54,662 nt of DNA. Source: Phoronis australis (lineage: Eukaryota; Animalia; Phoronida). The DNA lies in NCBI GenBank assembly GCA_002633005.1, contig NMRA01000578.1, forward strand, positions 142,067 through 196,728, given 5' to 3'. This document shows positions 37,025 to 50,233 of this stretch, in pieces. The notes beneath the pieces are model-generated. The model made no database searches and was not told the origin of the DNA. It was given only the letters and a program-made list of their open reading frames with translations. Each line of letters begins with the position of its first letter. Position 1 is the stretch's first letter. The position numbers and the translations under genes were made by a program.

Positions 37025-40000
37025 CTGTTTATAGTTTGTCGGTTCTTCTTTGTAAAGGTGCTACATAAAATCCCTCGGCATAGCTGGACTGTTTGCAAAA
37101 TAACCAGAATTAAATATGAAATTTTCAAAATAATTTGTAGGACTGCACCAACAAAATGGCCGCATCAGCTCAGCAGCAATGAATTTCACTTTGTAGGAAT
37201 TGCCAATAGAAAACCTAAATACGAATTGTTCCAGTTTTAGTTACGTACCTAGATTAATGAAGCACTTACGGTGTTATTTAGTGTTGAATTTGTGTTTCAT
37301 TTGGCGTGGAACTAGTTTTCAATTTAAACATTGACAATAATTTATGAAGACGATTTATCAAAAAGCAACTCAGTAAACAAAAACAACATGTATCTGAGGA
37401 CGACAATATCCGAAGGCAAGTGTGTGAAAAAGCACTACATAAAATGGATAACGACCAAAATGTGCCTACAAGATATAATTTTTTTATCCTTACCAAGTTG
37501 AATTCTTCGCAGTCAGAAGCTATAACGACAACACTCTTCCCTGTGACGTTCCCTTTTATCTGCTTACCAAAACAGGGTTTGATGAAACTTATTGTAAAGC
37601 TGACTTGTGGGTTGTGTGGCAAGTGTTGCTACACTCAAAAACTCGTCGGTGTACATGCGACACGCTTGAGAGGTCACGTGTCCCGAACAATGGCGGCTAT
37701 CATGCATTACTTTTTGAATAAATGAGTTTGTTTTGAAATGAAACCTTTTCATACTTGTAGTGCTTGAAATCGTTAATAGAGGCGTTTGTCCACTTGCAGG
37801 GTTGGGTATTTGTGATAGATATGCGGACAGCAGAAAAACATCAATGAGTCATATCCGCCGACTGGACTGGATAGAAAGAAATACGACCATCGCAAACTCT
37901 GTTTTAAAAATCAGCACAGGAAGTAGCATTTATGGTTCCCTGTAAATACATGGGCTTAATGCTGTACATTTTAGAGTATTTCCTAGCTTAAGGTGATGAA
38001 CAAAGTTTTAAGATTATATTCAAATTGCTATCAAAATACTATATATTTTAGTAAGTATTACTGACACGATGTTAAGTCGCCAACGATATCCAGTTAGGAT
38101 CATGCTCTCCGGCTGTTTAGCAAACCTCTCGCTTATTGTATATATTGTAACAAAAGTCTCTGAAACATGAAGTTTTGAAAAAACGGTTTTCATGATATAC
38201 GAGTCCACGGTTTAGTTTGAAAATGCAGTTAGGTAGAGAAAACAAACCAAATCACGTGCGTATCCATGTAAGTTGACGGGAGAGTAAGAGCTGTTGAAAC
38301 TACAAGTATCGAAAGTCTACTAGATTGTCAAATGATTGTTATTGTGCAAATCCCGAACTATTCAGAATTATAGCAAGCATTTTTCCCCGAGAAGCACGTT
38401 AGTGCTCGATTTTGAAGTGCTTTTAAAAATGACGATGATTTTGGTCTTGGTACGAAAGCTGGTACTATCTGTGTAAACGTTGTTGAAGTACACAATACTC
38501 TCACCATAGACTACAGTACATGGACCGCCAACTCCTTATATTTTCAATGGACGAAATCCGTTATCTTACGCATAAGCAGTGACGTCATTATTCACCAGCG
38601 ATACCTTCTCTCTGACACAGCGCTACCTATACTGAAAAGTGGCCCTGTGGAAACATGATGAACGACACACGGTATTCCGTGTGTGGGCATCAATGCGCAT
38701 GCTTGGTCGGAAGTTTACCGATCACATCGTCACCGCTTGCACACACCCTCTATGCACTGTACTTGTTTAGACTTAAGCCACTTGAGCGGGGTTTTCCTTG
38801 ATTTTGTTTACTTCGATTACTGCCCGTTGTAAAAAATTGCATCTATTCAAGTCAAAGGTGGTAGCCATACTACGTAACAGTAAACTGAAAGGAGTTTCCC
38901 AGAATGTTATGACGTCGGTTTCAATACTTTAACCAATGAAAAGCCATGTTAAACAACATTCCACCGCGCTACCTTTCGTGTATAGCGATACCAAGCAGAT
39001 ATAGCGCGCATTACTTACGTCGTCTGCTAATCATGGTCATTTCGTCAGGATTTGGATTGGCGATTTTGCCCTACTCACATCAGCGCTTAATTAAATTGAA
39101 CGCCCGTAAAACGTGAACTTCTAAAATAAAGCTCAAATTTTAATAGTAGTATTAAAATACTCCAGAAATAACCACCAGGCCTACTCAAAAACCAATTTCG
39201 CAGTTCAACAGCAGTTTACTTGACGACGCTCGAATGCTCACCGGTGCCTCTCAAAATGTCTGGACTCTTCTGTTAGAAGATCTTAAAGAACATTTCAATG
39301 CCGAAATAATTTTTTTTCGTTGTACTAGATAGTAAAATAGATGGAAGAATTTACCGTCACAACACACTAAGCGAAAGCTGAGCTTTCTTTGTTTCGAGGG
39401 TGGCGACTCCTCTAGGATATTTGGCAAGGAAATGTGGGAGTTGCGAATCTGTGTTGCCTATAGTCTAAGCTCTCACTTAAAATTCTAAGTGTAAAAGGAA
39501 CCTATGCTTTGTTGCGAAGTTCTTGACTTAGTAAATGCAAGTTGCACGATGCTCAGAATTTGTCGTTTACGGGTCGACAGGAAACGTATCAGAATTTAAG
39601 TACCCGAGTTGCATGTTAAATATGCATGAGAATAAACTGATGGTGCACTTAGCAGTTTCCCATGGTTGTGTCTCCTGTGTCAACTTAAATGCTGTCTCTC
39701 CAAGTCCTGAAGCTCCATATCATGTCTATTGAACGCCATTGTTTCCTGTTGAAATTTCAATCCCGAGCCCCTTAGTTGTTAGTTGTGTTGGGGTCCCAGA
39801 TTCGGGCTGCCGAGGAGGGTAGTAGCCCCAGAAAGGGTTCACGAGATCCTATGACCCCCCCACAAGTATAAACGCTGGCTTCGTTCATTTGTATTAAGTC
39901 GAGTATTTTACTTTCTTAAGCAAGAAACGAAAGAATGAGAAAGGGACACAAAAGATATAAAAAGACAGCTTACATGGCCTGGCTGACATTCTTTTAACAT

Positions 40001-40456
40001 ACTCACTGTGATACCTCTGGTTTAGTAATTTTTACGCTTGTAATTATAAATGCTCAGATATGCTGGATGACCAAAAGCATTGCATATACCTAACAACGTC
40101 CTTTAAAAAGATTCTAAACCGTTTTTGTGCCACCTGCTGTGATCCAACTAGTAGCGTCTAGTAGATGAAAACGTCAGTCAGCTGAGACACCGATCTTTAC
40201 TGTGTCACAATGATCCTGTCTTTCAATTTAGAGTGGGTCGATCCTATAGCCCACGATAAACTGGCTACAGTAAGTGCGTAATTTATTCTGAGTTTTGAAG
40301 GCAATAACCTAGTGACTTATTTTCGTTTTAATTAGTGTGTGTCCATATCACGTCATTCTTTGTCTACCACACTGACCCAAGAGGCAGGTGAGGACACAAC
40401 GGGTCTTGTGATGAGCGTAACTGGCTATTCCTGACAATGGAGCGGTGCCTATAAAG

Positions 40457-40901
40457 CCAAACGCCGTAACTCCATTCAAGAGTCTATTAAATGCAAGCCG
40501 TTACATGCTTGTAAGTCATTGTATTATATTACTACAATACGTTATTCACTGTAACATTCTTCAACAAGCCCACAATGAGACGCCGGGCATTTTCTTTGAG
40601 CAACGAGAACAAGTGTGAAGTCGCGAGAGTTCTGGGATAGCGGTACTTTCATCTGAGGCGGCCATTTTGTAAATGCGGCGCGCAATACAAATTGCCGCTA
40701 GTCTCGAAGCAGAATATAAGCCAAAATCTTGGCAACAATAGTTAATATCGACTTGATCCTGGAGCTCATTGTAACACGCATGTAGGACAAGGGTTGAAGA
40801 GTGTTACGGTGTATAATGTATTGTAGTAATATATTACAGTGAGCTGCAAGCATGTAAAGGCTTGCATTTAATAGACTCTTGAATGGAGTTACGGCGTTTG
40901 G
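40457..40901. mobile_element. 445-bp foldback/MITE with ~109-bp TIRs
   Basis: CCAAACGCCGTAACTCCATTCAAGAGTCTATTAAATGCAAGCC is exactly inverted at the right end; inner part of the arms is imperfect. Confidence 0.75.
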
Positions 40902-43516
40902 AACGGGTCATCAAGAAGTGTCAATGCCGTCTGTCTTCTTTATAGACACTCTTGTAGTATTTTTTGTGGTTTTAGTGAATGTGAATGTCTCCAGAAACTT
41001 ATGATTGAATTACAATAACATCTCGGCTTTCCAGATGTAATCAAACTATAACGGTAACTGAAGCTGACGGAGTCTCGAGGCGACCTTGTGACTATCATAT
41101 GCAGATTTAGCCAGTGCTGGATGAAGAAAAACTGGTGAAAAAGACGACCCCATTGTATTCCAAGAGCCTTCAGCGAAATCCCTTTATACCGGGCATGGTT
41201 TTTTTTTTACAAAACTTGCTCAGGCAAATTATGTGAAACTGGAACTGTGGAGGTCGCACTGGGATGGTATCAGAATCGTGAGGTCCGGCAATTTTAGGTC
41301 CTAGCGTTATTGAACGCTACCTTGAACGTGCTGTTATAGAATTCAAACTAGTTGAACTGAACTGATGCATTTTCTTTTAAGCATGTTACAAAAGTTTTAG
41401 AGCTAACGAGGCTCACAGATAATTATTTTCTTTCAGAGATATTAAAGATTTCGTCTGCATGGTTATTTTCATTTACCGGAATTTTCCGATAAAAAGCGCC
41501 AGGTTGTATATTAGTACACATATGTTATATAACTTAGGTGATGATAACTGTGGGTTATTATATCCGGATACGCGATATGCAAGCCAATTTAAACGCGGGC
41601 GGAGTCATACATAAAGTGTATTTAATCTTCAGAGGGCTAAGCGGTAACAAGTGTTTATATGTCGTTGTGGAATTACGAAAAAAATTTAACTCGTAAAGTG
41701 TGTGTTTATTCCATATAAAATAGCAGCAATTATAAACTAATCAGCATGTGGAACAAATTTAACGTGAAATAACGAATTAACAGAAAAAAGCCGTCTGCTA
41801 CTTGTACTACCCGACCGGCAGTTGGTTGAACAGACGATCTAAACAAGACATTGTGTAAAAGAAAAGAATTACTAGAAAAATTTCATTGAATTAATAAAAA
41901 AATATCATTATAAAAAAATTCTTATAAGCATTAACAACTTTATTTCCTTATTTGACTACTCGGTTAGGACCAGGCCGGAGGTTATGATTTTCGTATTTGG
42001 CGTAGTAACATGTTGTCCATAGCAACGACTCATTCATGATTAGTTAGCCAAATGAGGTCACTGTATCGTTTAGGTTGCATTAAGTTTGTTAAAATTAAAT
42101 TTTTTGGATGATATTCGTCGGATATGTTTATGATTTGTGCTATGTATTTGGTTCAGTTGTCATTAGTAAGATGTTTTTCAAGTGACACAAAAACCAGTAC
42201 AGAATTAGGAGATGTGAGTAACATATAACAACATGAGCTGAAAACAATCACCGAAATTCTTGTGGACTTAGTCTGTCAAATACCGTAATTTTCACGGCTT
42301 TTCCAGGAATATTTTCTCGAGAGAAAATACGGAAAAGTAGTTCTGGTGCCGTATTTTGCGGTGTGTTTAACACAGTTATTTCACGGCCGTACCATCACCT
42401 GTGTATAATAAAATGGCATTGGGTACTGAGTTTATGGGGACGATATTAATTTAGCTCCATTCTAGCCGTCTTTTTGACTACGTCCTCCAAATGACCTATT
42501 CTCACTTCAGTAAAATACCAAGTCTCAAAGAATAGACTGATTATTGCAAGTTAATTGGGTAACTGAGTTTTGCTATTACGTGGCAAAAATTTCCTTTCAT
42601 GATAGCAAAACGGAGCTTTAGACAAAATTTCTGACATTTAGCCTAAAATCACTTTTCATGAAACCATCCCCGCTACATATGCGACCTTCTAAACTGAGTC
42701 TGTAGGTGGCGATAGAGTTTGTGTTATGTAAATGTTCACATGGCAGCTTGATTGACAGTTAAAGCAATGAGATTTAACATCATTTTTGATTCTTCGTAAT
42801 CATCAAGCTGTCATATTACGACTGTAGTGCGATGGTATGTTAACTGACTCACGCAAAAAATGCAAATCTTTGTGAATAATTGTCTTCATTAACACGGCCG
42901 TCGTTATAACTCGTGTCAATAAAAAATTGAGATTGAATCGAGCACAAGTCGCTTTTGTGCTCCCGCACTGATAACCCATATAGCCTTATCTAGAACACTC
43001 CCTTATAACTTCGAGCTACATAGAAAACTGTGTAAGAACTAACTTTCAATATTTATTACCATAATCTAACTGAATGAAATACTAATGATTAACCACAATT
43101 TCAATGACTGACAAGCACTAAGATAAACTTTTTAGCATATTTTGAAATAACTTAAGTATTAAAAATCAATAAATGCTGTGCGATTTCGTTCATAAAGGGG
43201 TCATAACATGTTTCAGGCGTCTGTTATTAGACAAATAGGCCAATATGGTCCCAAAATGGCGATAATATAATCATGAATGAATTACATCAACTGCTCGATC
43301 GATTCAAAAATTGCCCGTAGTCAGATTTTTGTGCGGTGCTAAGCTAAGAAGTTTCAATAATTCATTATTCTGGTTGCAGTTTTTTTGCGATAAATTACTG
43401 CCTCTATCCACGTAGTTGTACTACACGTCCAGGTAAATTATCTACATTCCACCATCACACCATTTTAATTATCTCCACATACGTTTGCCTCATTTAAAGA
43501 CAGCTTTCGATTCTTG

Positions 43517-46500
43517 CTAAGCTCTGTTACGCGAGATCTCTTGTTTCAGCAGTTCCTGCACCATATCTTCCTCCTCGTCAGCATCTTGAATAGTATACAA
43601 AGAGGTACAAGTTACAAAGAGAGTATAACATGCATGCATAATCACATGCGCGCCCCCATTTGGCGCAGTGGGCAAAAAGGTCCGCCTCAGAGAAACAAAA
43701 AGTCGGAAAGAGTAGAAAACGACACAAAAGTCCACTATAAAGGCAGGAAGTAAAAAAAATTCCAAAGGTCCACATTCTCAAAAATTCAGGCCTCTCCATT
43801 TTTATGCCGAGTGCACACATGAATCAGTCCATGCTAAAATCACAGTGTATACTGTCCAACCTACTGTCACAGATTCACTCGTTCCCCCCCCCCCGTTGAC
43901 TATATGTGTATAGTGTGTATACAGATACCTGTATACATTATAGTATGTTTTTACAAATTCACCCCCCCCCTCCCCCTACTCAAGTAGCGTACAGCCGAAA
44001 TCTAAAACTACTACATCTATTGATTAATTGCCATGCCAGTAATTAAAACTCAAGTTTAAAGTGCCTAAATTTTTTATCAAAATCAATCAACTGTTCTTGC
44101 GCTCACTTGTTCAGTTATGTCCTACTGAGAATTCAATTTTAGTGAAAAGTAAAAGCTCTTAGATCAATACTACTGGTTGATGATTGCTAGAACTCGTGAC
44201 CACACGGACGCAGGTAACGTCATTTGAGTGCAGTATGATGTAAGATAGACCAAACTTGGTTTAGCTGCATACTTTATTTTTCAAATTTATGCATAAATAA
44301 ATCAGTTTCAAAATACGTACCCGATATACTACGCCCCCAGAGGCCTCCCCAAAATTTTAGGCGATGTCCTTGGAAAATTCGACACACTTCTTTTTGTGTT
44401 CCAACACACAGCGTGCAGCCTACTGGAGGCGAAGATCTTTTCATTCCTGTAACGAGCAATTTTTACGCTTGTAATACGTATATTTCAAAACAACTCGTGT
44501 AATTTCCGGCCTAGGCAAATTGGAGTATTGTACAGCAGTGTAATCAGTCAGAAGATATTACAAAATACCAACTAAAATAAAATGCTAAATAGTATTGCAT
44601 TCTTTTCACACTTCGGCGCAGGTGTTAAGTTTCAGGTTGGATTTCACAACCGCCAAGAAAACTTGTTTGCGCAGAGTAACAGATTTTTAATATAATCGCT
44701 GACGTAGTAATGTGTTTCAAATTTCACCAGGAGCCATGTCTCGACGTAGGCGCCTGTCGCGTGACTGAGCTTACCGAGGGCGTTTATGGCGGAAACCAAC
44801 CCACAGCAATGTTCATAAGAAGTTGTATGTAGGTCAATGATTTATTGACTGTGAAAATCTCTTATCTCAAACTTTGCGCTTCCTGCAAGTGCTCAGAACG
44901 TGTTCTGTCACTACTTAGAATTACTGCTATACTTAAAACGTATTTACCTGAAGTAACAATGGTGTAAGTAGGTGTAGGTGTCCTAACTTTGATTTTGATT
45001 TTTTCGGAAAGCTAAACCCGAAAAAATGCAGTTTTAAGTGATGCGTGATTAAATCATTAACTGAACTATTCACATTGCAAAACTAGAAACCCTGGTGTAG
45101 TTTAATAGTTTTGAATCCTTAAAGTGCTCAAAACCACCAATTCCATGTCAAAACACCATAAAACAACCCCACCAGTCGACCAGTTGTCAAATTAGAACAC
45201 CCTCAAACATTATCTGACGATATGTTAATCACTTGATCTCGAGTTACGAACATTTATTAGTCGATACATACTAAGTAGTATCGGGGAAAACAAACCACAG
45301 CCTTAGTCATTTTCAATTGTTTTTAGTGTATAAAGTCTTCAGATATTGTTTCCCGTTTTCCTGTGGATTATGGAATGGTAAAAAATGGCGAGGAGTTGCG
45401 GGGTGGTTGGTAGCACTCTGTGACTCTATTCACTTTCCCGCGTTGCATCAAAGAAGCGCGGATACGGCACACGTTTGTACAAGACACCTGCGTGCTGGTG
45501 GACATGACACACTGGCGCTGGGTGAGTTCTTATGTCACACTCATGCGTCCGTGGAGCTAAGAAACTTTTCTTCTTCTATTTTCGCGTATTCAGGATATTG
45601 AATTCACGGTTGTGATACGCAGTGGTATAACGGAAGGTTTAATGATCCTGAAAATGGTGGTTTTAAGCACTTTAAAATCTATTGTTTACACGTAGTGTAC
45701 GTATCAAAAATACTTATTAGCAACCGTTTGATTACGTTGCTTTTACCTCCTGTTACACATTGATAAACGACGTTGAGATATTTGTAAGTTCCTTGACATG
45801 GATCGCCGAAGATGGTGCTTTCTGCCTTCAATGAACATTTTTGTTTATTATCACATCGACACTGGGTGGCGCTTAGAGATGCCAAGGAATTGCACGTGGT
45901 GGTCTTTATGGTTCCTATCTGGCAAATACTTCTGTCCTTGCGACCATACATGGCTGATACAATCTTCAGCGTTGAACCTTGTTTACAGGACAAGTTCATC
46001 GTTTGCCATTCACATACAGTCTTGGATTCTGTAAAGAAAGTAGGCAGGTGAACTGTCTTTTGTAGTACACCAGGCGTGCTTAGGTCACAAGGCTGTGCCA
46101 ATTGCACCCATCATGGATCCCTCAGCATGGGGCTCCTCATGTGTGAAGTCTTCTAATCTGCCTGACTTAAACTTGAATGGTTTCCTCCAGGAGGCTGCGA
46201 AGCATTTGACAGTCAGGGCAAATCACAATTAAGTGTCGAATATTGACTTCCATGCAACAGTTAGGGCAGTTTTAGCACGGCATGCTTCTTGTGATGATTT
46301 GATGCCGACCTTAGTTGCAGAGCCAGTAATTGTCTGTTTTTTTATCAACCTGCCAAATAGCATGCTATCTATGGATAGCAGCTTCATTAAACCCTTATGT
46401 TCAATAGGGCCGGGTTTTGTTTGCACGCAAAAGAAGCCTATCCTCTACGCATTTCCAGATAGTTTTAGCACCCACTCTTTCACCCTTGCCTTACAGCACC

Positions 46501-49500
46501 TGATTTGACAAGATCTGGTGCGAAATTGGGTTCAATTCCTCCTTGTAGTCAGCACCCTCATTACCGTCGATGGCAACGTGAAATGACATGGACAGTTCGG
46601 GCTTTAATGGCTGCTTGACTGTCTGAGAACCTAAACATCTCCTGGCTACCAGGGAAAGTCCTATGCTCTCTAGCCAGTTGAACAGCCTGATAAACAGCGA
46701 CCATTTTAGCCTGGAAAATGTTGCAATTTTGTCAAGTGACACTTATGGGACCGTTTTATCAAAGGTCGTAAGTCCGGTCGTAGCTAATACGGTCGTAACT
46801 TATTACAAAAAAGCATAATCGCGTTTGCGATAAAGTGACTAAAACCGTCTCCGCTATAACTGGACCTTTGTTTGCCATCATCTGTAAGAACAAGAAAGTA
46901 AATTCCTGATCCGGATTGAGCTATCAGTTTAGAAGACTGTTGGTCAGAGAGATTTAAGATTGCATGAACATATCCGATATGTCTGTACTGAGACTTAGAG
47001 TCGTCAACAACGTCGCCAGGCTTAACCAAACGAGTTCTTGCTTTTGACATTAACGTATAGCACGCATTTACATGGCTCCTGTGCGCCACAATATCATTGA
47101 CACTCTGCCACTGCTCATTACACTGTTGAAGTGAATATGCAAAGTGGAATGACAAGGAATATTTCCATCGCGTCCACAGGTGTTCCTGGAAATGCAGAAG
47201 AAATACAGAAAATAAAAGAGCTGTATTTGAGTTATGTTTTTTCTGGTGATGATTTGCTCCAGAGATTTATACACATAGATGTAGCATAGCCAAACATCGT
47301 TCTATTAATACCAGTATAAATACACTGCTGAAGAGGACTCCACAAGTTTTACCCACCATATGGGAACACCTCATCAAAACTGACTTGGCCTAGCTGATTT
47401 CGTCAACCACACGACGATAGAGAGTAACACCTGTTTAAATTACATTTTCTCGTAATGGGAGTTCAGTATCATAAAGCTTCAATGAGATAATAAGCCATTT
47501 CCGCTTCCGAGTGACCATCACCAGCTTTGTTGTTGCTGCTCCCGCTGGTCTCTAACCCTGGGATTTCTTAGATTAAAATAGAAGATTTGGTATTTTCCAC
47601 GAACTAGTACACAGTGCAGGAAAAGTTCATCATGATAAAAATAGTTCATAAAATGTTCTTTTTGTTCGTCGTAACAGAGCCACCATCTTCATCGCCAACG
47701 TTGTTTTTCTTTTTAAAGAAGAAAGTTGAAGCCTATGTTCTTTATACATGTACATTGAAATGTTAACCTGTAAAACTCGCTGTTCTACCAGTTAATTCAT
47801 TGGCTACACTTAATTTACTACGCCAGTTCAGCCGAGTGAACCGGCGAAGACATCTGAGTGGTTCTCGGTGGCAACACCAGCTTACAACCCAATCAGATGT
47901 CATAGCCGATTGATCCGACTGAACCGTCGGAGTTAATCAAGCGGAGTTACGGAAATCCCAGCTAAAGTTCTATCTTTGTAAAAAACACAGTTTCTTCATT
48001 GTGACAGTCGTTAACGTACCTCCGACTACGGCTACGCTTGCTATGACTTCTTTCTTTTTAAAACAAAATTAATACAAATTCACCTACTAAGCAATTGTGT
48101 AATGAAAGTTAACTAACCTTGCTTAGGTGGGAGTTTGAAACAATTCACCGGGCAAGATGTGCAGAACTTCTCCATTTCTGAAACGGACTTCCTTTTTGCT
48201 GCTTCTATGGCCTCTAGCAACGTATTATCTGCAGAAGATATGCAATGAATTTGGTTCCAAACAATTCAAAATTGCATTTTAGGGCAGAATCCTCGTGGCA
48301 CTTAGACCATCTGAACTTAGACACGTATCGGTCGTTGTCACAAACAGCAAAACGTTAGGAAGTTCTAAGCAAAGCCAGCAACTTGATGTACAATCAAACG
48401 CATACCGTGTCATCATCTTGAAGAATACACCAACAAACTTTCTATTTCTGCTTCTTGGATAAACAGTAAAAAAGTAAATATCTTCCTTGTTACTTTATTA
48501 GAAATTTGTAGTGCTGGACTTGGTAAAGGCCGTAAGCATACAACTGATGCTACACTCAACTTACCTGGAGGAACTTTCCACAGGTCGTTCCAAAATCTTT
48601 TGCTTCTCCCAGAGCAGTCCACACAACTATCGTGAAGCTCTGAAGAGTAAAGTTTATTTGTGTTGGAATCATCTGCAGAAGTTATGGTGTTGAGGATATG
48701 TGGATTGATTGGTGGTTAGGTGGTTGAATAGGTAGATGGATGGATGCATTTATACGCAGGTGATTGGACGAATGGGTGGATATATGGATGTAGAATTGAG
48801 TAGGAAGGCTGTATGGGTGGAGGGAGGGAGGGAGGGAGGGAGGCCTGGAGGGAGGGAGAGAGGGAGATAGATGAGTTGAGGCACGGATAGCTGGACGGAT
48901 GTATGGTTGGATGGGTGGCTGGTTGGCTGGATGGATGGATGGATAGAATGATGGGTGGAAATGCGGATGGATAGGTTGACGGATGAATGGTTGCGTGGGT
49001 GAATGGATGCGTGAGCGTACGAACGGATGGGTGGTAGGGTGGATGAAGGATAGCTGAGAGGATGAATGGGTGGATGGATAAGTGTGAATGCATGGTTGTG
49101 TGAATGAATGAATGGCTGAATGGCGTAATGAATTGATGTAAGTATCAGCGGATGAATGATGTGTGGAATGGTTGGTTGGTTAGATGAATGCTTGGATGTA
49201 TGGGTGGATTGATGGAGAGATGGGTGAATGGATAAATAGACGTACAGATGAGCGGATTGTATGGGCTCTGGTGGATGGACGGATATTTGCAAATTCCATT
49301 TCAACACCAACAACGTTTTCACACCCTATATTTTAATAATGGGGATGGAAACCAAGTTTTACCAATGAGAGCGCACCGTTACCGGATAACAGAAAAACTC
49401 TTTCCGTGCACAAAAACGATACTACACTATTTTAAAAAATACCTCTCTAAACAAGCGTCGTAGTTTTCGACAAAATGATACACGACAGGTCTCTGAAAAA

Positions 49501-50233
49501 TTGCTGTCAGGAATTGAGGCAGAGTCTTTGAAGCATAAGTGAAATTGATAAACCCCCAGCGTCTATAAGAATCTTGACGGTAAAAAAAATGTCAGTTCAT
49601 ACTGAGCCTGAATTCCAATCACACTCAAGAAATTTCGCCCCAAACTAATGCGCCGGCAGTCTGTATGTGTTTTGTTATGTTTTCTGCCACATGCACAAAA
49701 ATTGCTAGATACAAAGTGCTTGAATGTGGTCGGAGTTCAAGTTCCGTGGTAAGGGCTTTGGCCGGTGCGTGTTTAGTATAGCAAAACGTAAACATTTAAA
49801 TGCTTTTCCAGTATGCAGTCAAAGCTATTTCCATCCATTGGGTTATATTATATTATTATTATAATATTTTCTTCTTAGTACCAAGTTAAAAGGTCGAAGT
49901 TTGATCAGACTTTGTAAGGAACATTCAAATTTGCTCCAATCATGTGAAGGATGACGATGGTTACATACATTTTAGCAATTTCTAAAATTGATCTTGTCGT
50001 TGTTGCTTCATGTTATTAGACTAAATAGGTTTTGGTGTCGTTCAAAATAATCCAAACTTTAGGAATAATTGTGGGATACCAAGATACTTTTTTGTTGACA
50101 ATTGGGTGAGTTGTTGCTATAATACATGAGTTCATTGAAACCCACCGCTGCTGCCCTCTTTCACGTCCCTCGTCGCATACTGTATGGTGATTGGTACACA
50201 AGCAACGAGAACACCGATCAAGAGAATCTTCAT
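43517..50233 (-). CDS. Secreted SUEL/rhamnose-binding lectin prepro-protein B; coding exons 50233-50146, 48639-48565, 48228-48118, 46028-45747, 44446-44321, 43584-43517; 249 aa
   Basis: All introns GT-AG, phase 1. Translation MKILLIGVLVACVPITIQYATRDVKEGSSELHDSCVDCSGRSKRFWNDLWKVPPDNTLLEAIEAAKRKSVSEMEKFCTSCPVNCFKLPPKQESKTVCEWQ..AMYGR..GDPCQGTYKYLNVVYQCVTGGMKRSSPPVGCTLCVGTQKEVCRIFQGHRLKFWGGLWGRSISDADEEEDMVQELLKQEISRNRA*. Exon 3 (111 nt) and lectin exon (282 nt) match gene A in length. Confidence 0.87.
43645..43821. mobile_element. MITE of the same CATG-ended family with 5-bp TSD
   Basis: CATGCGCGC..GTGCACACATG, AATCA duplicated on both sides; ~60 bp from the last acceptor of lectin gene B. Confidence 0.65.
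46040..46745 (-). mobile_element. Non-LTR retrotransposon 3' remnant with RNase H domain (I/R1/Loa-like)
   Basis: Minus-strand frames give CNIFQAKMVAVYQA..FSDSQAAIKA and HVAIDGNEGAD, the RNase H motifs of non-LTR elements; broken by frameshifts. Confidence 0.7.
46860..47360 (+). mobile_element. Possible highly decayed Penelope GIY-YIG 3' remnant
   Basis: Fragments DLRLHEHIRYV and KIKELYL, followed by a partial hammerhead-like CTGAAGAGGAC near 47328; many stops. Confidence 0.3.
48700..49285. repeat. Degenerate (GGAT)n/(GAAT)n/(GGGA)n low-complexity tract
   Basis: Directly visible; in intron 1 of lectin gene B. Confidence 0.9.

Noticed and set aside
37278-37752. Overlapping 60-114 aa ORFs
   Set aside because: No coherent domain or splice structure; at most a decayed transposon fragment.
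33300-43400. A third lectin paralog or another gene between A and B
   Set aside because: No exon with YGR/DPC/WGGLW motifs or any recognisable domain found by eye; small exons could have been missed.
48716-49322. His/Pro/Ser-rich ORFs of 125 and 190 aa
   Set aside because: Read-through of the GGAT/ATCC low-complexity tract inside an intron; no domain.
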